Shown piece by piece: positions 54,000-64,000 of a stretch of DNA of 64,000 nt. Origin of the DNA: Paraspadella gotoi (taxonomy: Eukaryota > Animalia > Chaetognatha). The translations under genes and the position numbers were made by a program. The first letter of the stretch is position 1. Every line of letters begins with the position of its first letter. The notes beneath the pieces were generated by a model, which had not been told where the DNA came from, did no database searches, and saw only the letters and a program-made list of their open reading frames with translations. The DNA lies in contig JBJCIZ010000239.1 in assembly GCA_051294375.1 (NCBI GenBank), positions 4,407,834 to 4,471,833 of the forward strand, in the 5' to 3' direction.

Positions 54000-54825
54000 C
54001 AAACAAACCCAACTCCCCCCCCCAAAAAAAGCGCTTTACATGATCGCGGCTTAATTAAGGCGAAATTCGCTCGACGTCGACAAATGACTTCAATGTCGAA
54101 ATCCAATTCCCCTTTTTGTTTTCCATTTCAATTCTGACCCTTTTTATTTTTTTTATTTATTTTTTTCGAGCGGAGCCTTTCAAACAGAACAATTTTGTAC
54201 ATGACGATCCAGTAATTTCTTTTTTACATTTTACGCAATAAGAGTAAATATTTCTTATTTACATTCCTTTCTTTTGTTTTTACGCGGCCCCTCACCCATT
54301 TTCCCAAACGCAACTTCCCACATTCATGTCTCTAATCAAATAGTCAAGCCCCACAGGTCAGGCCCCAAGTCAGCCCCAATCAGGCCTCAAGACAGTGCCT
54401 CCACAGTCAGGCCTCACAGTCAACTTCGTCGTAAATTTTTGTCGCGTCGTCATTCGTGTCGTGAGGTTCAACTCACCCCGTGAATGCATGCACGCGGGTA
54501 ATTTGACACACACAGACACCCAAAAGCGCGCTTTTGTCATCGACGACTCGCGAAATGCTCAAGTCGTCGTCGTCGTCGTCGTCGTCGCATCGACATCAAA
54601 GTTTTCGCCCTCATTTAGCTTATTTTCCTCCCTTTCGTCGTCGTCCGTCCGTCGTCTAGTTTGTATCCCTTGTCACGGTGGTCGCATTATCGTATTAATT
54701 TGCCCTCTGAAGATTGTTAAGTCTTTGACCCTTAGACGTGACAATTATTATACTTTGCCCTTGTCAATTTTGTTCGGGTGTCGTCATCAATATAATCATC
54801 TTCATCGTCTCCGTCGTCGTCTTCG

Positions 54826-54857
<32 letters not shown>

Positions 54858-55017
54858 CCGGTCGTCATCGTCGTCGACGTCGACGTCCGTCGTCGTCGGT
54901 CGTCCCATTAGCTATGCATCTCGCGTCGTCTCTACTCACGAGGCTCAAGGACTCAGCGTCGCAACAAAAAAAAAAGAAGAAATAGAAGAGAGAGAAGAGA
55001 GAGAGAGAGAGAGGAGT

Positions 55018-55068
<51 letters not shown>

Positions 55069-55430
55069 AGAAGAGAAACCCCGAGATATAATAAGAAATC
55101 GGGAAAAAAACTACGATTTTGTTGAACGAGACGACGACGAAGACCAATGTTTACCGATCAACAAATGTTATAACTCGTTTATATCAATACTTTGTTTTTC
55201 GATTTCGTAATTTGTGTTTGGCGAGCTTTAAAATTTTTAATTAAGCCGATACTATTATAATAAGCTCATATTGTCGAAAGGCGGAAATGAACACTAGATA
55301 TTCTGAGCACCCGTTTTGGATACGACACAATACTATTGACTACATAAGAAAGGACGCGACGACGAACGACGAGAAAACGACGAAAGGAAAAATTCACGAA
55401 CGACAGCGAACAAGACAACAATGACTCATT
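51260..55430. repeat. Second inverted duplication: ~51260-52770 vs ~53930-55430 with ~1.1 kb spacer
   Basis: Example: aagcgcttt...gggggg (52700) vs ccccccaaaaaaagcgcttt (54020). Both arms carry indels. Confidence 0.85.
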
Positions 55431-55573
55431 GTAGGTTAGTGTTAAGGACTCGGGATAGGAATAAAAGAGATAAGGGTTAGATATTTTAGTTAAAATTAAC
55501 TTCAAAGATTACAATCACAAGCCCAAAATCAACACCCCAAAAAATCATTAGCCCAACCTATCCCCCCCGGTCG

Positions 55574-57722
55574 TCATCCGAAGCCCAACGGATCGTCATA
55601 GACCCAATCGTAATCCCCGTAATCCCCACCGTCGAAGTACGTCCTGTACGTGTCTGTATAGGTCGTACGCGTCAAAGGATTGTACGACTTTCTCGCCACG
55701 ATGTTCAAGTTTCTAGGATCGTCAACGGCGCCCACGGCGGCGTTGTTGTTGTTATTATTCCGGCGTCTACCGGCGCCGTTTCTTCGCCCCCTCGCTGCGT
55801 CGTCGCCTCGTAGAAACGAAGTCAGCATCGAGATAAACTCGCCGTCGCTGACGCCGGTTCTCGGACCGGCGCCGCCAGTCGTTCCGTCCGTGTCGTATTC
55901 GGTCACGAAGGCTCGAAGGAGATTTAGATCGGAGTCTAAGTTGTCGTTGTTGTCGTTGTTGTTGTTGTTTCGGCCACGAGTTCTTCCTCTTCCTCCTCGG
56001 CGTCGGCCCGAGTTGGCGTCGAGAACGCGCGCCAAGATTCGCGTCAACGAATCCCGTTGGCGTCGCGTCAAAGGGGTGGCGGTGACGCCGCCGCCGAGTA
56101 GACCTTGGGGAAGATGAAACTTTTTTGTTGGTTTTATGATTATATTATGTTATATTATATTCATCCTGGGACTTTTATTTATTTATTTTTTTATTATCAC
56201 TTTGTTTAATTTCCTTGTTCTTATTTGTTTCTTTATTTGTTTATGTATTTGATTATTGATTATTTTGGTTGTTTCTTTATTAATTTGTTTAATTAGTTTG
56301 TTTTTATTTGTTTCGGCCTTTGTTGGCGGACAACGAAAATCAACAAGGCAGACCCGCGGCGGCAGCGTCAGCAGCGGCAGCGCCGTTCCTCGATCGCGCC
56401 GTCGACATCCGACGCCGCAGGAATCCGCGCAGGTCGGCGGCGCGGCGGAGCAGCCGCGTCTCGGGGCTGAAATCGTCTGCTTCGGCCGCTGTGGGGGTTT
56501 AGGGTAGGGGGTCGAGGGGGAGGGAGAGTTGGTCAAGGGGTAAGTAGGAAGAACGGAAAGAAAAAAGAGAAAGATAGAAAATCACGCTAATGTTATATGT
56601 TAAATGTTAAATGTGAAGAGACAGTAATTATTGTTCTGTGTTAGGGACAGAACCGCTCAATATAAGCAGTCCCTGTGCTTCGGATCAAGCTGTAACACCG
56701 TATTAAAGGCGGGTTAAGTGCCTCGTCCCTCTTAACTGCTCGGCGACCACCGGGCTAAAACCCCGGACCTTGGGTTGGGAGGCGAATGACTTGCCTCCGG
56801 CACCAACGGCCGCTGATGAACGGTTGGTAGATTTTAGTCCACCTTAAATGTTATAATTAATTATAAAATTAACAACTTCGAATTTATATAAATCAGAGTA
56901 CACTATCTCGCTCACGGCGTTACGGTAATATAGTCAATAAAGATTTTAACCAGCTCTAGCAGCTACGGATTGGTCGCAAAGTCCCCCAAAACGGCATAAT
57001 GCCGTTCAAATGTTTCCTAAAAATTCAATACCGGATTAGAATTGAACCCAGTACCCAATGGGTCATGAACCGACGGTTTTATTCAACGCGTCATTGAGCC
57101 ACCCAACTGGAGCGCTGATTAATTCTGGGGTGAACATCGGCAACGCTCGCTACATCCTTAACCCAAAGCCCCTCCCTCAAACCCTAAACTTAATATTTAA
57201 ACCAAAGAAAAAAGAAAAAAAACCCTCTACTTAATTCCGAATTTAAGTCAAAAACGGAAAACAGCGCCCCACACCCCCATCTTGAAAAAAAACAAAAAAA
57301 AACAACACCTCTCATCACCTTCGGACTCCGCCTCGGACTCGGCGGAACTTTCCTCCGAACTCTCCTCGGAACTTTTCTTCGACGCTTCGGACATTTTCCT
57401 CTTCCTCCCTTTCCTCTTCCTCCCTTTCCTCTTCCTCCCTTTTCTTTTCGACGGAGCGGATTCGGATTCCTCGTCGTCGGAATCGATCCCGTCTTCCTCC
57501 GTCTCCAGACTCTCCGGAGATTCTTCGGATTCTTCAGAACTCTCGCTGCTTTTATGATGATGATGATGATGATGGTGATGACTCTCGTGGTGATGACCGT
57601 CGTGGTGATGGTGGTCCAAGTGGTGATCGTCGTGGTGATGATGGTGATAGCGGTCGGGGTGGCTGTGGTGGCTGTGGTGGCTGTGGTGGCTATGGCGTTT
57701 GCCGCGACGGCTCCCGTGATGA
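55574..57722 (-). CDS. Last three exons of a His-rich / Ser-Glu-rich / basic / Tyr-Asp-rich low-complexity protein
   Basis: Exons 57319-57722 (HHGSRRGKRHSHHSHHSHH...HHHHKSSESSEESEES...KRKGRKRKGRKRK...SSEESSEE), 56354-56488 (AEADDFSPETRLLRRAADLRGFLRRR...) and 55574-56103 (...YTDTYRTYFDGGDYGDYDWVYDDPLGFG*). Phases are consistent and codon use is GC-rich against AT-rich introns. Confidence 0.7.
56612..56844 (-). mobile_element. SINE-like family A copy
   Basis: Full-length reverse-complement match to 630-864. Confidence 0.75.
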
Positions 57723-58499
57723 CTGAAATGATGATTGATGAAGTCAGAATTTAGTTTTCATTNNNNNNNNNNNNNNNNNNNNNNNNNNNNNNNNNNNNNN
57801 NNNNNNNNNNNNNNNNNNNNNNNNNNNNNNNNNNNNNNNNNNNNNNNNNNNNNNNNNNNNNNNNNNNNNNNNNNNNNNNNNNNNNNNNNNNNNNNNNNNN
57901 NNNNNNNNNNNNNNNNNNNNNNNNNNNNNNNNNNNNNNNNNNNNNNNNNNNNNNNNNNNNNNNNNNNNNNNNNNNNNNNNNNNNNNNNNNNNNNNNNNNN
58001 NNNNNNNNTTATTCTTATAAATAATTTCATTAAGTTAGAAAAGTAATGCTTTTTATTCATCTAATTTTTTGATAATAGTTTTAAATTTTGTTTTTTTTTC
58101 TGTTACAGACTTTTCATATTTANNNNNNNNNNAGTTAGAAAAGTAATGTTTTTTATTCATCTAATTTTTCGATAATAGTTTTAAATTTTGTTTTTTTTTC
58201 TATTAAAGACTTTTCATATTTAAACCTTAATGACCCAAGATTTAATTTAAACAAATTTAAATAATCTCCAGCCCAAAACCGCTAACCCAATATTTAAAAG
58301 TATAACCTCAAATTTAAATTTAAAAATAAACAGATATGAGGCGTTTTGAGAAAATTTAAAGCCCTCTCCCCCCCCCCAAAAAAAAGGGTCACAAAAACCT
58401 TCACTGACCCGTGAGACGACTGTCTACGATGCCCGTGAACTCCGTAACCGCCCATCACTTCCATCTTGCCGATCCGGCGAGCCCGTGCGGATCGGATTC

Positions 58500-59200
58500 G
58501 CTCGTGTCCGGATCGATCTCCGTCTTTCCCTGTTCTTTCTCATTGACTCTCCAGGATTACTTCTTCGATTCTTCAGACTCTCGCTGCTTTTTGAGTGATT
58601 GATGATGTATGTCAGATGATGGTTGTATGACTCTCGTGGTGTTACGCGTGCGTGGTGATGGTGGTCCATAGTGTGATCGTCGTGGTGATGTGGTTGATAG
58701 CGGTTCGGGTGGTCTGGGGTGGCTTGTGGTGCCTGTGGTGGCTATGGCGATTGCCGCGACGGCTCACCGTGTGACTGAATGATATTGATTGAGTCAGATA
58801 TTTAGTTTCATTTTTAAGTGGATATAGGTGATAAAAATTTTATAATATAATATATCTGTTTTATATTAATCTTTTTTCTTATAAAATAATTCATTTAATT
58901 AGAAAGTAATGGCTTTTTATTTTCATCTAATTTTTATTTTGATTAATAGTTTATAATTTTGGTTTTTTTCTGTTAATGACTTTTCATATTTAATTCCATT
59001 AATGACTCCAACGGATTTAATTTAAAGCAAATTTTAGTAAGTCATCAACCCAAACTCTTCTATACCCAATTATTAATTACAGTATCTATTACCTTCAATC
59101 CATAATTTAAATAAACAGAGTGATATATGAGACCGTTTGTCGAAATATGAAGCCCTCTCTGGCCCCCCGCAAAAAGGTGCACAAAACCTTGCACGTGTAC
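58500..59200. repeat. Degraded direct duplicate of ~57470-58410
   Basis: Indel-rich copy of the His-rich exon start and the adjoining intron. Confidence 0.75.
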
Positions 59201-60408
59201 CCCGTAGACACTGTCTACGTAATGCCTGTCGTGAATACTCCGGATATACCGCCCATGCACTTCCATCTTGCCTGTATTTCGCGGCGTAGTCTTTGCTCAC
59301 GGGCCAGTGCGGTTGCCGCTCCGTTGGAGGCCTGTTGCGGCGCGAGCGCCCGTCGAAGGCCGAAGATCTCATTGTTTCTGGCCGTTAGTTAGTGGGCGGA
59401 ACTAGTCGAGGGTTGGATCTCTCATGTGCTGAGGTTAGTGAAAGAGGAGGAGGTCGTTGGTAGGGCAGGAAATTGTTAGGTAGAAGGAGAGGCGATNNNN
59501 NNNNNNNNNNNNNNNNNNNNNGAGCGTAGATGGCGCGAGTGAAAGCTTTTGAATTTTGTTGTCGTTGTTGTTATCGTTTTCATTGTTGACTCCGGAGTTT
59601 TCGTTAGTTCCACTCGATAAAGCGCCGGTCGTAAGCGATTCGGAGTCCAACGCGCCGNNNNNNNNNNNNNNNNNNNNNNNNNNNNNNNNNNNNNNNNNNN
59701 NNNNNNNNNNNNNNNNNNNNNNNNNNNNNNNNNNNNNNNNNNNNNNNNNNNNNNNNNNNNNNNNNNNNNNNNNNNNNNNNNNNNNNNNNNNNNNNNNNNN
59801 NNNNNNNNNNNNNNNNNNNNNNNNNNNGAGAGCGCTTCGTACGAGCGACTCCAGTCTGTGCTGGACGGAATGCTTCGAGTCGAAGCCGATTTTATTATCG
59901 AATGACGGTTTGGTTGGAGATGCTTGCGAAACAAATAAGTCGAGATTGGATGTAGCGTCTTTTTTGTTAAATTTCGAATCTGTTTTATATTCAATAAAAT
60001 CTCCCATTGTCTCGTTATTCGAAACGGATTTAATTCTCGGCTCGAGGCTCGAAAGTCTACTCGCTTCCAACGCGCCGGTCGAGAGCGATTCAAGGTCCAT
60101 CGCGCCGGCGCCGAAAGTTGCGGAGACGACGCTGATCGGGGATTCCTCTCTTTTGTGGCGTCGTTTCGTTTCCGTTTTGTTTTTTCTGTTTCTTTTTCGC
60201 GTTTCGTTGGTTTGTCTTTTGGTTTCGTCGATTTCTGTTTCTTTATAATCGATCGAATGATATTTCGATATTTTGTTTTTCGGGTTTTGTTTGGTTTTTG
60301 TGCTGTCGTTTTTGTTGTTGTCGTTGTTTTTGTGGCCGCCATTGTTTCTTTTCTTTTCCACTTTTCTTCGCTGTGGCCTTTCAAAAGTTGACGTAATTTC
60401 CACGTTGC
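59200..60408 (-). CDS. Upstream exon(s), probably of the same low-complexity protein (gapped)
   Basis: ttttgtag acceptor at 60409. ORF 59435..60427 has a Lys/Asn-rich stretch, RRHKR and a repeated GAxDxESLxTGAL motif; interrupted by N gaps. Confidence 0.55.
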
Positions 60409-62609
60409 CTACAAAAAGGGTTTTCACTGTATTCGTAAAAGAGAAAAAAATGATTAGGTATTTTTGTTTGTAAATATGTAATCATTTTAAAATGTTTTTT
60501 TTTCTTATCAAAATAGTAGTAATAAATCAATCTGGTAAAACAGAGTCAGTAATATTTTTTTTTGGTTTTATTTTTTTATAAAGTCACTTGACTACATTTT
60601 GTTTCAATCATTTTATTGTATCCGTAATTCAAAGAAACTTTACGGCCTTCTTGACCACGTGGTCACAATCGCTAAAAATTGGGAAAATGTAAAAATTTTT
60701 AGTAAAAAAATGTGCAAAAAACAGATATAAATAATAACGTAATACATTAATACTAAGTATTAAACAGTAACAAATTTTAGACATAAAAACAAAATAACAA
60801 ATTTTGGATTAGGTAAATGATAGTAAAAATTAATGCTCAAAACATTTTTCTTCTGTTTTTCTTTTGTTATTCTTTTCTTCCTCTCTCTCTTTCCTCCCTT
60901 TTTCTCCTTCTCCTTCTTCCTCTCCTCTTCTTCTTCCCCTCCTTCTTCTTCTTCCTCTCCTCTCCTTCTTCCTCTCCTTCTCCTTCGTCCTCTCCTTCTT
61001 CCTCTCCTTCTCCCTTCCTACTTCTTCTCTTTCTTCCTCTCCCACTCCTCCAGGACTGCCTTCTTTTCCCTCTTTCTTCATCTCCCTCTCTTCCTTGCAG
61101 GAACATCCGCTCGTATTTCCAATAACGGGTCGAAACTCTGTCCGCATCCTGAAAGTGGCTCGTCCGCGATGACGACCCGGAAATGCTCCCTACTCGCGTC
61201 CGGAATGCTCGCGCAAGCCGATCCGATCGTCGACGAAAACCGTTGGGGGAAGGTCGAAGACGCTTTACGTCGTCGTTGTTGTTGTTTTTAATGGTTGCTT
61301 GTCGTTGTGCGGAATCTTTTCGGAAAAGCGATAGTCTTCTGTTTGGCAGATTTTTCGTTTACTTTCTGTTTCTTCTTTTTCTTTTAAACCGGGACAGACG
61401 AATGTACAGGGTGAGACGAAAACGAGTATTTTGGGTTGGAACACTAAAAACGAGCTTATTTGTTTTATTTTTAAAATTATAGATTATTTATACTAAAACT
61501 ATTAAAAATATTATAATTTCAAACTTATAAAATGAAACAAAAACATTTAAAAAAAAAATTATTATAATATTTTAATATTTTTAATATATTAATTAATAAA
61601 CTAATCAAAAATAAGATTAATTAATTTATATTTTAATATTTAATATGAACAAAAACCTTTTTTGAATAAAAATAATATAAATATTTTAATCTGTTAAGAG
61701 GAAAGGTCATTCAGCATAAACAATACGTAATCATTGATTTGTTAGAGCTAATATATCGAGAAAATACATTATAGTCATCAGTAATCACAAAGAAATAAGT
61801 TCTTATTTATTTGTGTTCATTCTGTTTTCAATAATTTTTTTTTAAATGGGTAAATAACAAATTGTTAAGTTAAATGGGTAAGCACATTTTTTTAAAGAAT
61901 TTGTTTTTCAATCTGGTTGTTAAAAAATTCTAGGTAAGAAGTTAAAACACGGTATTGAGAAAGTTTAGAAGGGGAGAATTAAAACAATTAATCTCGTTTA
62001 TCTGTTGGTTTTCCAGTCATGAACAAAATCTTTCAGTTAAATAGATGGTAAAGAAATTCGAGCTACAATGAATCTACACTGAAATTTGAAGAGTTGCAGC
62101 CTAAACGACTGTAATAATATTGAATTAAAAATTTATTAGCAAAATCTTAAAAACATTTGTAAAATGTAATAGAGAGACATTTTGATAAACGTGTTCCAGT
62201 TAGAAAGAATTCAGGGTTAAAGTTTAAAAAAACGTTTTCATTTTCAAAGGATACAAGTTGAAATTTAAAAATGTCTCTCTATTACATTTTTCTAATTCAG
62301 TAATAAAAGAATTCATAAAAAATATCAGATGGATTGGCCTTTTTCGTTTGACCTGCAACTCTTCAGATAGGTTTCTTTTATTTTATATTATAATTAAAAC
62401 CGATATAATATGGGGTAGAATGCATCAAATGCTAAAAGTGAATACATTTTCGGAAATCGCCAGGAGCTCAGCTTTCTGAATTTGTACTCCATTTTAGCCT
62501 TTTTTGAAGTTGAATTGAATGACCCTTTTTCTTAAACACTAATACTTTTATAAATATCATTTTAACATCGATTAATAATATAAAAAAACTCAGTTTTTTT
62601 TTGCTTCAC

Positions 62610-63467
62610 CCTGTCCTCCTTTTTTCTTTCCTTCCTCCCTTCCTCGCTTCCTTTCCTCTTCCATCTTCCCTCCTTCTTTTCCTTTCCTCTTCCTCCCTCT
62701 TCCTCATTCTGAGCGTGAGATCGAAACACGGAGGAATGATCAACGTAGTAAGAGTGATGGCTGGAGTGTACGTGATGATGATGATGATCGTGTATCCAGC
62801 CCAGTCCCCATGTTGAGGCGCGTAGATGATGTCGTTTCGGGTAGAGGAATTGACGTTTGCGGCGAGGACGAGAGGAGGAAGAGGAAGAGGAAGGGGAGGA
62901 GGAAGAGGAGGGGAGGAAGAGGAGGAAAACGAGGAGGCAAGTAATGAAGAGAGGAAGGAAGAGGAAGAGGAAGTGATAGGGGAGGAAGAGGATAAGGAAG
63001 AGGAGGATAACGAGGAAGGAAGTAAATGAAGGAGATGAGGAAGAGGAAGATTTAATCTTCGTTTCTTCCGCCTGGGGCTGCTGTATTCTCTGGCAACGGG
63101 TGGACCATTTTAACTGCTGCTTTATCCGATAATTGGACAAATCCCTTGAAAATGCTGCATTCGAAGATCGATTTTGACCCTCCTGGATTCAGTCATTTTT
63201 GAAGCCATGCAGTAGATGGTAGGAGACGCTGCTGTCGATGGAGCCGTTTTTTTGCAGCTGTTGCGTGAGAAGAAATAAAGACGCTGCCGTCGATGCAGTA
63301 ATTTTCTTGCAGCTTGCTGCATTTGAAGGTAAAGACGCGGCTGTCGATGCAGCCCATTACTGCAGCCTGCCTGCCAGCGATGGTAAAGACCGCCCTTTCT
63401 AACTGAGTGGCCGCAGTTTTTGCGCGCGACGAAACTGCAGGTCTTCGCAGCAAGTAGGAAAGTTGGC
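62610..63467 (-). CDS. Possible further upstream exon(s) with RRKR followed by a His-rich peptide
   Basis: RRKRQFLYPKRHHLRASTWGLGWIHDHHHHHVHSSHHSYYVDH in ORF 62562..63140; tttcag acceptor at ~63468. Frame across the segment is unresolved. Confidence 0.4.
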
Positions 63468-64000
63468 TGAAATTGAAAAAAAACGACCAAAAAAAGTTCA
63501 ACGAGGCCGTTGGTGAACGATTTTGCGAGGAGTTGGTAAGCGATCGAATCGGGAACTCTATATAACGTCGCTCTAAATATTAAATTTGAATATATTTCTT
63601 GATCAAATCTAATTAAAAAAATTGGAATTGAGTATGTATAATTTTATTTTGTAAAAAAAAATTACACTCTCACATTCGTGTGTTAATGTATCATTATGTA
63701 ACAAAATGGCGAATTGATTGAAAAAAAAAGAACGTCATTGTAATATTGTAATATTCGATGCCTATTTAATTGAGAAATAGATTATATACGTAAGTGCTTC
63801 AAAAATTCAAAAGTTAAAATAAACACCTCAACTCTCTCTCTCCCTCCTCTTCTCTCTCTCTCTTCTCTCTCCTCTTCGTCTCTCTCTCTCTCTCTCCTCT
63901 CTTCCTGTTAAAAAATCAATTTGGTAGCGATGAACCGATCCATAATTTTCCCTCCTTTTCCTCTCCTCTCTCCTCCTCCTCCTCCTCTCCTCCTCTTCAA

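Noticed and set aside
60830-61390. Definite exon at 60.8-61.4 kb
   Set aside because: GC-rich and possibly coding, but strand, frame and splice sites could not be fixed.

Overview
Eukaryotic (invertebrate-animal-like) draft genomic DNA: AT-rich introns, GT-AG spliced genes, (GA)n microsatellites, many N gaps and stretches of visibly error-rich sequence. Reading splice sites and phases by hand gives three minus-strand multi-exon genes that the ORF track shows only in fragments. (1) 12689 to <1: an unrecognised ~190-aa N-terminal domain, a ~1200-aa acidic repeat region and a C-terminal KLHDC1/KLHDC2-like kelch propeller. (2) 34909 to ~14576: a secreted protein with signal peptide, RKKR site, chitin-binding CBM14 domain, F5/8 type C domain, at least 19 EGF domains and a second CBM14. 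(3) ~63467 to 55574: a block-structured low-complexity protein with His-rich, Ser/Glu-rich, basic and Tyr/Asp-rich blocks. Most of ~37.6-55.4 kb is duplicated or inverted sequence, including a ~10.8 kb fold-back of gene 2, and is most likely assembly artefact. If it is removed, genes 3 and 2 become tandem neighbours ~2.9 kb apart, a candidate chitin/His-rich biomaterial locus. Several small repeat families are present: a tRNA-derived SINE, HINE/Helentron-like ends and telomere-like intronic modules. All homology calls are from motif recognition, not database searches.
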